Source: Spirochaetota bacterium (lineage in GTDB: Bacteria; Spirochaetota; GWE2-31-10; MWDO01). Taken from it: a stretch of DNA of 64,000 bases. Position numbers and translations under genes: made by a program. Positions within the stretch are counted from its first letter, which is position 1. Each line of letters starts with the position of its first letter. The stretch is taken from positions 13,917-77,916 of the forward strand of contig JAVBQL010000018.1 in NCBI GenBank assembly GCA_031549085.1, given 5' to 3'. This document shows, in pieces, positions 1-9,933 of this stretch. Below the pieces are notes generated by a model. It saw only the letters and a list, made by a program, of their open reading frames with translations. It was not told where the DNA came from and made no database searches.

Positions 1-242
1 ACTACAGGTTTCGTCAGGGCAAAGCAAAGCTCAAGAAGGGGATGGTTATTGCAATTGAGCCTATGATCACTTTAGGGAGCGGAAAGCAGCATGTTTTGGA
101 TGATGGCTGGACAGTTGCCACTGTTGATAAAAAGTTCTCTGCACATTTTGAGCACTCTGTTGCTGTTACAGAAGATGGCTACTCTATATTGACAATTGAA
201 CCGGAAGATCTTGACTCTATAAAAAAGAGGTTTGGGATATAG
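1..242 (+). CDS. map: methionine aminopeptidase, C-terminal part (5' end outside window)
   Basis: Frame is open from the window edge. C-terminal ...[10 protein letters not shown]...[18 protein letters not shown] matches the type I MetAP C-terminus. Confidence 0.75.
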   Translation, partial: YRFRQGKAKLKKGMVIAIEPMITLGSGKQHVLDDGWTVATVDKKFSAHFEHSVAVTEDGYSILTIEPEDLDSIKKRFGI

Positions 243-275
243 GTGATGGATTTATTTTTACACCTCTCCCCCTGC

Positions 276-299
276 CCCCTCTCCTTGTTATGAGAGGGG
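276..299. other. GC-rich hairpin (8-bp stem CCCCTCTC/GAGAGGGG) just downstream of map; possible terminator or REP-like element
   Basis: Perfect inverted repeat in an otherwise AT-rich spacer. No U-run follows on either strand. Confidence 0.3.
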
Positions 300-577
300 A
301 GAGAAGAGATGGAAAAAATCATGCTTATTTTTATTTAGAGGGGGCGACTTGAATAATGTACTATACAAGTCATTTTTTGTTAAAATTGCTTTCGCAATTA
401 ATACAAAAAACTTTGTTGTATAGCACATCATTCAAGTCTAACCACTAAATATGGCTTGTTGTTTCATAATAAAGTTTTTTACTTGCTTTCCAAAATTAGA
501 GAGATGATATTTCTTTTTATATAAGATATTTGTCAAAAATGATATGGCACGCCAAAAAATAGTTTAGGATAAAAATT

Positions 578-1165
578 ATGTTTATAATTACAGGACTTGG
601 AAACCCAGATAGGGTATACCAAAACAATAGACACAATGTTGGTTTTCTCTTTCTTGACTATATAGTTACTAAATATAGCCTCTCTGACTTCAAAAAAAAG
701 GGCAATTTTCTATACTCAAAAAATAGTTATCATAATGCAGAGACTGCATTAATTAAACCAATCACATATATGAACTTAAGCGGTGAGGCGATAAGCTCTT
801 CTCTAAACTTTTTTAAAGCTGATAAAAAAAATGTTGTTGTGATTTATGATGATGTGGACTTGCCTTTTGGAAAGATTCGTATTAGAGAGAGTGGAAGCAG
901 TGGTGGGCACAATGGGCTCAAAAATATAGAGCAGCATCTTGGCACCAGAGACTATATGAGGGTTAGAATTGGAATAGGCGGGAGTGACGAGACTTCAGCT
1001 ATATATGATTTGAAAGATTATGTTTTAAGTAACTTTTCTCCCAGTGATTTGGAGCTATTGAGTAGAGATGTTTTTCCTATTGTGGATGACTCCCTTAACT
1101 TTATTCTAAATAATAATATAAAAGAGGCAATGAATAGATTTAATGGAACAGCTAACCACTCTTGA
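578..1165 (+). CDS. pth: peptidyl-tRNA hydrolase
   Basis: N-terminal LGNPDRVYQNNRHNVGF and HNGLKNIE motifs, about 190 aa, typical Pth. Confidence 0.85.
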   Translation: MFIITGLGNPDRVYQNNRHNVGFLFLDYIVTKYSLSDFKKKGNFLYSKNSYHNAETALIKPITYMNLSGEAISSSLNFFKADKKNVVVIYDDVDLPFGKIRIRESGSSGGHNGLKNIEQHLGTRDYMRVRIGIGGSDETSAIYDLKDYVLSNFSPSDLELLSRDVFPIVDDSLNFILNNNIKEAMNRFNGTANHS

Positions 1166-2540
1166 GATAAAAGTCTTAAATAACCTACTAAAATCAATTA
1201 AAAATCACAAAAAACTTCTTGTTGCTCTCTCCGGTGGTAGAGATAGTGTTGCACTTCTTAATATACTTAATAACATTTCTAAAGAGCATAATTTATCACT
1301 CTCCATTGCCTATATTAATCATAACCTAAGGGGAGATGAATCCAAACTTGAGGAGACTTTTGTTAGAGATGTTGCTGAAAAATATAGAGTACCTCTATTC
1401 ATTAAAAATATTGAACCTGAAGTTTGGTTAAATTTGAAGAGAGAGTCAATTGAGATGAGAGCTCGCAGGGTTCGTTATAATTTTTTTTATGAAATTATAG
1501 AGAAAAATAGTATAGATTTTATTGTTACTGCTCACCATCTTGATGATAGAATAGAGACATTTTTTTTGAACCTTATGCGCTCTCCATCTCTTGAAAGCCT
1601 CGATTCTATACCAAAAAAGAATGGAAAGGTTATGCGACCTCTTCTCTCTATTACAAGAGATGAGATTGATAACTATATTAAAGAGAGTAATCTTTCATAT
1701 ATAGAGGATTCAACCAATAAAGAAGATATTTACAAAAGAAATATTGTTAGAAATAGATTAATTCCTATTATTAATGATATCAATTCAAGCTATCATACCT
1801 CATTCAAAAATTTCTTCAATTTTATTGAAGATGATATAGATTTAATAGAGAGGGTAGTAAAAAAATCTATCAAAGATTTGATTGTTTTTAATGATAAGAG
1901 ATTTATTGCTATTGATTTTAATAAATATAAAAAAAAGCATACCTCTATAAAAAAAAGAGTAGTTGATTTTATATTAAAGCGGCTTAATTATCCTATAAAA
2001 CCAAATATGATCTTATTTAAAAAACTATTAAATATAGATGATAGCTTTTATTATGAAGCAAGCAATTTAATTATAACTAAAAAGAGTAGTGCTCTATGGT
2101 TTATAAATAGAGGGCTATTTTCTAAAGATAGGATCGATGAAAAAATTGAAATCTCAAAATTACCATTTAATGTTGCTACTAACCTTTATAATATTAAGAT
2201 AGAGCTGTTTGATAGAGGTAGTTTAGAAAAAAATATTGTTTTATCAAAAGAGCTTCTCTTTTCTGCAGATGAAATAGATAGTATTCAAATAAAAATGATA
2301 GATGAAACTGACTCCTTTCCAATAAAAAAGAGCAATAATAAAAACTTAATTTATAAAAACCTTAAACAACATCTTTTGGATTCCAAAATTCCAAAAGAGA
2401 TTATAAAGGAGACAGTTGTTATAAAAAGTGAAAAAACAACTATCTCCTATATTTTGAATAGAGATATATTTAGAGTATCTGAAAGTTTTTTTGTAACTGA
2501 TAAAACCAAACAGATAGTCAAAATAAGTTTAACTCTATAA
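1143..2540 (+). CDS. tilS: tRNA(Ile)-lysidine synthetase
   Basis: PP-loop SGGRDSVALL near the N-terminus, about 465 aa. Overlaps the pth stop, as is common for pth-tilS neighbours. Confidence 0.8.
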   Translation: MEQLTTLEIKVLNNLLKSIKNHKKLLVALSGGRDSVALLNILNNISKEHNLSLSIAYINHNLRGDESKLEETFVRDVAEKYRVPLFIKNIEPEVWLNLKRESIEMRARRVRYNFFYEIIEKNSIDFIVTAHHLDDRIETFFLNLMRSPSLESLDSIPKKNGKVMRPLLSITRDEIDNYIKESNLSYIEDSTNKEDIYKRNIVRNRLIPIINDINSSYHTSFKNFFNFIEDDIDLIERVVKKSIKDLIVFNDKRFIAIDFNKYKKKHTSIKKRVVDFILKRLNYPIKPNMILFKKLLNIDDSFYYEASNLIITKKSSALWFINRGLFSKDRIDEKIEISKLPFNVATNLYNIKIELFDRGSLEKNIVLSKELLFSADEIDSIQIKMIDETDSFPIKKSNNKNLIYKNLKQHLLDSKIPKEIIKETVVIKSEKTTISYILNRDIFRVSESFFVTDKTKQIVKISLTL

Positions 2541-2556
2541 TAGTTTGGCAAATCAT

Positions 2557-2985
2557 CTAATATTTATAGTTCTCATCTTCATAAGTTATTTGCCAAGGTA
2601 TACCAAATTTATCTATAAGCATACCATAAAAATCGCTCCAAAAAGTTTTCTGAAGCTCCATCTCAACTTTTCCACCCTCTTTTAGAGCATCAAAAATTGT
2701 TTTTATCTCATCTTTATTTTTGCTGCCTATGGAGAGAGCTATGTTATTACCTTTTGTACTCTTCATGTTTGAAGGGTTATCACAAAACATAAAGTTACTG
2801 CCAAAGATTGGTAGAAAGGTATAGAGAACTTTATCCTTATCTTTTGGATCAATCTTAAAATCATCACTTGGCGGCATTTCACCATATGTCATAATTTTTT
2901 GCTTCTCTACTTTGAAAACCTTTGCATAGAAATCAACAGCCTCTCTACAATTGCCATCAAAATTTAAAAACACATCAAAACCCAT
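2557..2985 (-). CDS. VOC/glyoxalase-fold protein (PhnB-like)
   Basis: 142 aa with small beta-alpha-beta modules. Resembles the 3-demethylubiquinone methyltransferase / PhnB-like VOC family. Weak. Confidence 0.45.
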   Translation of the reverse strand: MGFDVFLNFDGNCREAVDFYAKVFKVEKQKIMTYGEMPPSDDFKIDPKDKDKVLYTFLPIFGSNFMFCDNPSNMKSTKGNNIALSIGSKNKDEIKTIFDALKEGGKVEMELQKTFWSDFYGMLIDKFGIPWQITYEDENYKY

Positions 2986-3082
2986 AAAATACTCCTTAAA
3001 TATAGATTGTCTATTTATAATATGTTTACAATTATATCATACTTAAATAGTAATTCAATATAAATATTTATATTTCACTGAA

Positions 3083-3123
3083 TAAAAAAAATCTAGTATT
3101 TGCAATGAAGCAATCTACTAGAT
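3083..3123 (-). terminator. intrinsic terminator downstream of tatD (minus strand)
   Basis: Stem ATCTAGTA/TACTAGAT with 17-nt loop, followed on the minus strand by T8. Confidence 0.5.
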
Positions 3124-3154
3124 TTGAAACGGATTTATAATAATTTGTTATTTA

Positions 3155-3934
3155 CTACTCTTCTAAAGATGTGATATTAAATGCCTTAAGACTATTTTGA
3201 AATAGAATCTCTGATAGCTCTTCAATATTCATACCTCTTAAAGAGGCTAAAAATTTAGCAGTCTCTACAAGATTTGATGGTTTGTTTCTCTGCCCTCTCT
3301 GTGAATGCGGGGTCAAAAATGGGCTATCAGTCTCTATCAAGAGGCTCTCTAATGGGAGTGCCTTTGCTACATCGTGTAGATTTTTTGCATTACGATATGT
3401 TAGATTCCCAGCAAAAGAGATATAGAAACCCAATTCAATCATATCTTTCGCAAAATCTATACCCTCACTAAAGCAGTGCATAATTCCACGAACGTTCTTT
3501 TTGGAGCGAAGAATATCTCTCATATCATTTCCTGCGAGCCTATTGTGTATTACAACAGGTAGGTTGTGATCTGAAGCTATATCAAGCTGCTTAATAAAAA
3601 GTTCGATTTGAGCATTTCTGTCTCCATATTGATGGTGATAGTCCAAGCCAATTTCACCTACACCAACAACTTTTTCATATGATAGCCCCTCCTCAAGCTT
3701 AGCCACCCAATCTCTGTTGTTTGAGTTGACCTCAGAGGGACTTAATCCAATAGTATGAAAAATATTTGGTATATTTTTTGTATTTTTATAGCTAGAGAAA
3801 AAATCCATTAAGTTGGTAGAAATGTTAATTATTACAGATACTCCGTTTCGTTTTGCCTCATCAATTGCTTTTGTTTGAGTAACTGGGTCTTCATTTAGCA
3901 GAGCTAAATGGCAGTGTGTGTCTACAAGCCTCAT
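3155..3934 (-). CDS. tatD: TatD-family metal-dependent hydrolase/DNase
   Basis: N-terminal VDTHCHL motif, about 259 aa, TIM-barrel hydrolase pattern. Confidence 0.8.
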   Translation of the reverse strand: MRLVDTHCHLALLNEDPVTQTKAIDEAKRNGVSVIINISTNLMDFFSSYKNTKNIPNIFHTIGLSPSEVNSNNRDWVAKLEEGLSYEKVVGVGEIGLDYHHQYGDRNAQIELFIKQLDIASDHNLPVVIHNRLAGNDMRDILRSKKNVRGIMHCFSEGIDFAKDMIELGFYISFAGNLTYRNAKNLHDVAKALPLESLLIETDSPFLTPHSQRGQRNKPSNLVETAKFLASLRGMNIEELSEILFQNSLKAFNITSLEE

Positions 3935-4187
3935 AAGAATACCTCTTTAATAATTTGGATTGTTTGTATAAAAGATAAGAAATAATCCTTAAATTACAAA
4001 GAATATTATAATCATTATGGCCTAGAATGTCAATCAATTTTAATTTTTAAATCAAAATTATAAAATAAAGTTGATCTTTTTTTTATGATATAATATTATG
4101 GTTAGATTATTGAGAGTTATAATAGTTTCCATATACTTTTGGATTTTCTCTATTTAGCTTTCTATATTTAATTTGAAGTTTGTTTTA

Positions 4188-4262
4188 GATGAAAAAGGTG
4201 AAATTCCTTAACTGTCGGGCAACCGTAATAGTCGGACCATCTATTATCATTTCTTTCCCGAG
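4188..4262 (+). promoter_or_regulatory. candidate cobalamin-riboswitch-like core in the tonB/receptor leader
   Basis: GGTGAAATTCC...CTGTCGGGCAACCGTAA...AGTCGGACC resembles conserved B12-element cores (GGTGAAAnTCC / CnGTCCCGCAACnGTAA / AGYCAGGA). CCCGA just upstream of the RBS could pair with TCGGG. Not verified. Confidence 0.3.
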
Positions 4263-4270
4263 GTGAGGAG

Positions 4271-4981
4271 ATGAAAATTAGATCTATAAAAATATTTTCC
4301 ATATTAATAGTAGTAGTGCTATTTTGTTTTTTTTCACACTATATAGTCCCATCGAAAAATGTTGATAGATTGAGCTCCGTAAGGGATAATATCATTCTCC
4401 TCTCAAGTGATGAGCTGTCAGTAGCAAGAGATCCATATCTAAATAATTTCTCTTTTGAGGAGATAACAATCTCAAAATCTCTCTATGACAACCCTATTCA
4501 AGAGAAAAAGCCACCTCCTCCAGAGGAGAAACCGCTCAAAAAAGATCCGCCAAAAAGGAAGGTAGAGAAGCCTGTTAAAGAGGATAGTAAAGCTATTGCT
4601 AATGAAAGTGAACTTGATGTTGAGAATAACAGTGAAAATCCATCATCTGCTTCAGATTCTGAAGAATCAGAGAGGGCTATGCTTGCAATAGGCATGGGAG
4701 CTACTAAAAAGCTTGAATACAAACCCAATTTTAAAATCGATAAGATACCAATCTACCCTAAAGCCTCTATAAGGCTGAAGCAGGAGGGAGATGTATCTCT
4801 GCTTATAACACTTAATAATAGCGGTGAAGTCCTCTCTGTAGATGTTGATAAGTCGACTGGGCATAAACTTCTTGATGATTCTGCAATAAAGAGTGCAAAA
4901 GAGTGGAACTACAAACAGCTATTAGATGGGTACACAGAGAACTATCTTGTTACAACAAATATTGTCTTCAAATTGAATTAA
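4271..4981 (+). CDS. tonB: TonB-family energy transducer (N-terminal TM helix, Pro/Lys-rich spacer, TonB_C-like C-terminus)
   Basis: N-terminal hydrophobic helix, EKKPPPPEEKPLKKDPPKRKVEKPVKE spacer, C-terminal ...VSLLITLNNSGEVLSVDVDKSTGHKLLDDSAIKSAKEWNY. Confidence 0.6.
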   Translation: MKIRSIKIFSILIVVVLFCFFSHYIVPSKNVDRLSSVRDNIILLSSDELSVARDPYLNNFSFEEITISKSLYDNPIQEKKPPPPEEKPLKKDPPKRKVEKPVKEDSKAIANESELDVENNSENPSSASDSEESERAMLAIGMGATKKLEYKPNFKIDKIPIYPKASIRLKQEGDVSLLITLNNSGEVLSVDVDKSTGHKLLDDSAIKSAKEWNYKQLLDGYTENYLVTTNIVFKLN

Positions 4982-4989
4982 GGAATATA

Positions 4990-6954
4990 ATGATATTTTT
5001 TTTACTATTCATTTTGTTATTTATGCCTCTATCTATCTCTGCGAAAGATATTAAAATTAATGATATAGAGGTTATAGGTCAAAGTGAAGGGGAGGAGAAT
5101 CTTGACGATATATCCTCCTTTACTAGAATCATAAAAGTTAAAGATGAGTATAACAAGAAGGTCACAGATCTGCTTGAAGAGAGTGGGGTTGTTACTGTTC
5201 TCTCAACTGGCTCTGACTCTGGTGTAACAACTATTTCGATACGTGGCTCATCATCGAAGCAGGTTCTGATTCTTCTTGATGGTATTCCAATTGATAGTAG
5301 TGATAGTCAGTTTGATATTAATATGATTCCATTAAGCTCTGTTGATGGTATCGAGGTCTCAAGGGGGGGCTCATCAGCTCTCTATGGCGGCAAGGCTATG
5401 GGGGGTGTAATCAATATCAAAACAAAAAAGGGTAGTGACACAAGCGGCTCGATTAATATGAACCTAAAGCCTGGTCAGAAGGTTGGAGGAAATGTTTCTC
5501 TTAATTTTAGTAAAAAGTTTTTTAGTTTTATTGGTATAGTTGATGGCTTATATAATAATGGTGAGTATCTCTATCTATATGATAATGGTACGCCAAACTT
5601 TAAAGATGATGACTATATGACCTATAGAATTAATAATGATGTTTGGAAGATGAACTCTTTTTTCGATTTTTCGTTTTCACTACCAAAGGATATGAAGATT
5701 GATTTTAAGTTTAATGAGAGTTTTAAAGATAATGGGGTCTCTGGTCCGACCTACTCCATAGAGTATGAGACAACAAGACTTCAGAGACTCTTTTTAAGCG
5801 GCAATCTTAAGTTTGACTTTGGTAATTTGAATGGCTACTTTACGGCTGATATCTTAAGCTACTACAAGTTTGACTACTTCAACTATACAAGAGATAAAAG
5901 TGATCTTTTTATTGCTTTAGATGATAAGAGCTACTCAAACTTTTTTGGCACATCAACAACATTCGATTTTTTCTCTATACCATACAACAATATTGTTGCA
6001 ACTTTTGATATCAATGGTGAGTTTCTTGACAGTGATTACTATAGAGAAAAGCTTCAAAAGATTGCTTTCTCTTTTAGTATAAAAGATGATATTTTACTGC
6101 TTGATGAGAAGCTTGGTTTTATGCCATCGTTTAGGCTTGATTGGGATAATATTTTTAATGTCAATTTGTCGGGTAAGATTGGTCTCTTCTATGAGTTCGC
6201 TCCAAACTTTAAATTGAAACACAACCTATTTACCTCCTTTAGAAACCCAGATTTTATGGAGCTCTACTTCTCATATGGAACAGTCGTTGGTAATGAGGAT
6301 TTAAAGACAGAGTATGCATTTGGCGGAGATGTTGGGGTTCTATACAACACACAAGATTTTCTGCTTGAGGCTACAGTTTTTGTTGAGTTTTTTCACAATC
6401 TTATAGCTTATACGATATCAAGGGGTTTTATATTTAAACCGCAGAATTTAGATGATAATCTCTCTTTGGGTTTTGAGGGGCGAATGCGTTTTAGACCTCT
6501 TTCATTTTTGCACTTTGAACTTAACTATACTTTTAATTATGTTTTTGATGTTAATGAGGATTCAATATACTATCTTGAGCAGAAGATATCACAGCCCCTC
6601 CATAAGTTCTCATTCCTACTGGAGTTTCCATTTAAATATATCAATTTTGGAACGAAGGCATATATAGAGAGCTGGATGAATATAGGCGGCGGCGGAGATA
6701 AGCCAAACTACTACTCAATGATAAAGGTTGGTTCTAACAATATTATAGATGGCTATCTTCTTGGAACAAAGATAATCCCTGCGAAAGTGATGATTGACTG
6801 TTTTATTAAGCTCTACCTCTTTTCGCCTATAACTAGATTTAAGGCAGAAATTTATATCAACTTTAATAATATTTTAAACAGATATAGCTATGATTATAGG
6901 AATTATCCTCTTGAGGGGTTCAATATAGAGACAGGCTTTACGATCAAGTTCTAA
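4990..6954 (+). CDS. TonB-dependent outer-membrane receptor
   Basis: Signal peptide MIFFLLFILLFMPLSISA after RBS AAGGAA, so the start is likely 4990 rather than ORF-track 4903. Plug-domain motifs (VTVLSTG...SIRG...ILLDGIPIDS...SRGGSSALYGG), long beta-barrel, C-terminal aromatic residue. Confidence 0.75.
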   Translation: MIFFLLFILLFMPLSISAKDIKINDIEVIGQSEGEENLDDISSFTRIIKVKDEYNKKVTDLLEESGVVTVLSTGSDSGVTTISIRGSSSKQVLILLDGIPIDSSDSQFDINMIPLSSVDGIEVSRGGSSALYGGKAMGGVINIKTKKGSDTSGSINMNLKPGQKVGGNVSLNFSKKFFSFIGIVDGLYNNGEYLYLYDNGTPNFKDDDYMTYRINNDVWKMNSFFDFSFSLPKDMKIDFKFNESFKDNGVSGPTYSIEYETTRLQRLFLSGNLKFDFGNLNGYFTADILSYYKFDYFNYTRDKSDLFIALDDKSYSNFFGTSTTFDFFSIPYNNIVATFDINGEFLDSDYYREKLQKIAFSFSIKDDILLLDEKLGFMPSFRLDWDNIFNVNLSGKIGLFYEFAPNFKLKHNLFTSFRNPDFMELYFSYGTVVGNEDLKTEYAFGGDVGVLYNTQDFLLEATVFVEFFHNLIAYTISRGFIFKPQNLDDNLSLGFEGRMRFRPLSFLHFELNYTFNYVFDVNEDSIYYLEQKISQPLHKFSFLLEFPFKYINFGTKAYIESWMNIGGGGDKPNYYSMIKVGSNNIIDGYLLGTKIIPAKVMIDCFIKLYLFSPITRFKAEIYINFNNILNRYSYDYRNYPLEGFNIETGFTIKF

Positions 6955-7156
6955 TAGAGTTTTCTCTAAACTGAATAAGTTTAAAAAAGCTCTACAATAT
7001 CCTTAAACTTGCTCGGTTTGTTAAGATTTGTTTTCAGCATATTCTTACGACTTCAGCTTTAATTGAATATTTCCCACTTTTTGAAAAGGGGGAAAGGGAT
7101 AGAAAGAACTCTAATTTTATCTTGACAAAGTTACTACTTTATTGGAATATTAAAAA

Positions 7157-7843
7157 ATGCGATTTGTTAAAAATTTATTTATATTTCTAGTTTTAATCAT
7201 CATTTTTTCCTGTGGTAATGAGTACCCTGTAGTAGAGTTCCCAATATATAATATACTCATATATCAAGAGGGGGCGCTCTCTGTCCATAATGACTCTATG
7301 TTTCTCTCTCTCTACTTCATTTTGTTTGATGATGATGGAAATGATGATATCGTTGGGGTTAAAATAACCCATATCAAAACTCAATACTCTTGGACAATTC
7401 CATACAGTGAGCTTGAGACTTATGATTATGATAATAAGACCTATTATGGCTCATCATTTTTAGAGTATAATGGGGCAAAGTCTATACTGCTTGGAGAGTA
7501 TGTTATAGAGGTTACAGATAGGTCTGGGGCTCTGACAGCCATTACATTTGTTGTTGAAGTTGATAATAAAGATGATATATATGAACTTCCACCTATAGAC
7601 TATAGCATCTCGTTTAACAAAAATAATAATGAATTTAAACTAAGAGGAGATGAGTATAACTCTGCAGAGATTAGGTTTATAAATGATCCAAATATATTTG
7701 ATGGTGGAAGAAAAAAATTTTTTAGCGGTGGTGACAAGATGATTGTTGATGGGCTCAATTTTAATTATGTTGCCTCATTTAGGGTTAATAAAGATATCAA
7801 CGAAACAATAGTCTATTTCCTTAAAAATTTCCAGCTTGAGTGA
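7157..7843 (+). CDS. lipoprotein, unknown function
   Basis: Signal peptide with lipobox IIFSCG. Confidence 0.45.
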   Translation: MRFVKNLFIFLVLIIIFSCGNEYPVVEFPIYNILIYQEGALSVHNDSMFLSLYFILFDDDGNDDIVGVKITHIKTQYSWTIPYSELETYDYDNKTYYGSSFLEYNGAKSILLGEYVIEVTDRSGALTAITFVVEVDNKDDIYELPPIDYSISFNKNNNEFKLRGDEYNSAEIRFINDPNIFDGGRKKFFSGGDKMIVDGLNFNYVASFRVNKDINETIVYFLKNFQLE

Positions 7844-7927
7844 TCTATTTCTGCTTATCTTTTTTATAATTATTAATTTAAAATAGATTTTATATGTTAT
7901 AATATATCTTAATAAAGTTTAAGTTTT

Positions 7928-8938
7928 ATGGAAATATATGTGAATATTAGATCTATTTTATCTCTTTTTCTTATTTTTTCTGCATTAACAATATTAAATA
8001 GTATAGACTATGATTATATAGGTGAGTATATAGAGGAGTTGGCTTTAGTTAAGCAAAATGATAGATGGGGCTTTATCGATAGAAAAGGAGAGATTGTAGT
8101 TGCTCCAAAATTTGATGCAGCCTACCCTTTTTTTGAAGGTTTGGCATGTGTAGAGCTTTATGGAAAGTGGGGGGCGATAGATATATATGGGGAAATTGTA
8201 GTTCCAATTATTTATGATGAACTTTTCTCCTTTTTTGATGGGGTAATTAGAGCAGAACTTGATGGAAAGTATGGTTTTATATATAATAGAGATGGGGAGA
8301 TTGTGACCTCACTTATATATGATCGTTGGTTAGATTCCCGTTCAGAGGGATTGGTTCTAGTAAGTCAGGATGGTATGTGGGGTTTAGTAGATAGGAGTGG
8401 CAGAGAGGTAGTTCCTCTAAAATACCATGAAGCAGAATCTTGTTATAATGGACTTATCAAAGTTAAACTTAATGGTAAATATGGCTTTATAGGTATAGAT
8501 GGTGTAGAGATAATTCCAATTAAATATGATTATGTAGACTTTTTTTTCTTAGAAAAGTTGATTAAAGTTAAACTTAATGGCAAATATGGCTTTATAGATA
8601 TGGATGGTGTCGAGGTAGTATCCATTAAATATGATTATATAGACTTTTATTGGTGGAGAGAGTTGATTAAAGTTGCACTTAATGGTAAATATGGTTTTTT
8701 AAATAGAAGTGGTGTTGAGGTAGTTCCTTGCATATATGATTATGCGGACTCTTTTTATGATGAGATTACCAGAGTTAAATTAAATAGGAAATATGGTTTT
8801 ATAGATAGAGATGGTGTCGAGGTAATTCCCTCTATATATGATGATGCAGACTCTTTTAGAGATGGAAAAGTTAAGGTAAAGTTGGATGGCAGATGGTTTT
8901 TCATAGATAGAGAGGGAAATAAGATATCAACATATTAA
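7928..8938 (+). CDS. secreted WG-repeat (KWG-like) protein
   Basis: Signal peptide, then about 8 repeats of ...GKYGFID..G.EVVP.KYD....F.....VK.. (WG-containing repeat). Confidence 0.6.
   Translation: MEIYVNIRSILSLFLIFSALTILNSIDYDYIGEYIEELALVKQNDRWGFIDRKGEIVVAPKFDAAYPFFEGLACVELYGKWGAIDIYGEIVVPIIYDELFSFFDGVIRAELDGKYGFIYNRDGEIVTSLIYDRWLDSRSEGLVLVSQDGMWGLVDRSGREVVPLKYHEAESCYNGLIKVKLNGKYGFIGIDGVEIIPIKYDYVDFFFLEKLIKVKLNGKYGFIDMDGVEVVSIKYDYIDFYWWRELIKVALNGKYGFLNRSGVEVVPCIYDYADSFYDEITRVKLNRKYGFIDRDGVEVIPSIYDDADSFRDGKVKVKLDGRWFFIDREGNKISTY
8452..8900 (+). repeat. about 120-bp intragenic tandem repeats (3.7 copies, near-identical) inside the WG-repeat gene
   Basis: aaagttaaacttaatggtaaatatggctttata... 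recurs with few substitutions at about 8452, 8572, 8692 and 8812. Confidence 0.6.
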
Positions 8939-8990
8939 GTGAAAAATTAATAAAATAGATATAATGATAATTTTTTAGGAAAAAAAAGAG

Positions 8991-9899
8991 ATGATAAAAG
9001 AGTTTAATATTACTATAGATGATCCAAGCTTAGTTGATAAGAGATTGGATTTGGTTCTCTCAGAGAAAACCGATCTCACAAGATCTCATGTAAAAAAATA
9101 TCTAGAAAATCTAACAGTTAATGGCAAAAAAGAAAAATTATCTTATAAATGCAGAAATAGAGATAAAATATTCTTCTCATACATCTATGAGGAGAGCGAG
9201 AAAATTCTCCCAGAAAATATACCAATAGATATTGTCTATGAAGATGATAACTATCTTATAATAAATAAGGAGAGCGGGGTTGTAACCCACCCTGCCAAAG
9301 GCAACTGGAGTGGAACGCTTTTAAATGGAGTTTTGGGTTTAAAAAAAGAGCTCTCATCTCCTAAAGAAGATTATCGAATGGGTATTGTCCACAGACTTGA
9401 TAAGGATACAAGCGGGCTTATAATCCTTGCAAAAAACAATAGTGCCCATAGCTACCTTCAAGAGCTCTTTGCTAAGAGAAAAATTAAAAAATATTATAAA
9501 GCTATTGTTAAAGGGTTCGTAACACCATCAATATTCACAATAGAGAATATGATTGGGCGTGACCCAAAAAACAGAAAAAAGATGGCTGTTGTAAACTCAA
9601 AAGGAAAAGAGGCTATTACAAAAGTCAAAGTTATGAAGAGGCTTAAAGATTACTCATATCTATTGATAAAACTTGAGACAGGTAGAACCCATCAGATAAG
9701 AGTTCATCTATCAAATCTTAAATATCCAGTTTTGGGAGATCCTATCTATGGCAGAAAAGATAAAAAATATGATGATATAAAACTATGCCTCCAATCTTTT
9801 AGACTCTCCTTTTTTGATAAATTTACCAATAAAGTTATAGATATCAAAATAGGGTTGCCTAAACATTTTAAAAGAGTTATTATTGAGAATAAAAATTGA
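8991..9899 (+). CDS. rluD: RluA/RluD-family pseudouridine synthase
   Basis: S4-like N-terminus and catalytic HRLDKDTSGLIILAK motif. Confidence 0.75.
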   Translation: MIKEFNITIDDPSLVDKRLDLVLSEKTDLTRSHVKKYLENLTVNGKKEKLSYKCRNRDKIFFSYIYEESEKILPENIPIDIVYEDDNYLIINKESGVVTHPAKGNWSGTLLNGVLGLKKELSSPKEDYRMGIVHRLDKDTSGLIILAKNNSAHSYLQELFAKRKIKKYYKAIVKGFVTPSIFTIENMIGRDPKNRKKMAVVNSKGKEAITKVKVMKRLKDYSYLLIKLETGRTHQIRVHLSNLKYPVLGDPIYGRKDKKYDDIKLCLQSFRLSFFDKFTNKVIDIKIGLPKHFKRVIIENKN

Positions 9900-9933
9900 G
9901 TAGTTTATTAGAAATGTTTTTAAGGAAAAATAG

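Noticed and set aside
4498-4864. Antisense ORFs nested in the annotated genes (4498-4728, 4667-4864 minus, and similar 60-110-aa ORFs elsewhere in the track)
   Set aside because: They overlap well-supported genes on the opposite strand, have low-complexity or hydrophobic translations, and lack RBSs. They are typical spurious ORFs of AT-rich DNA.
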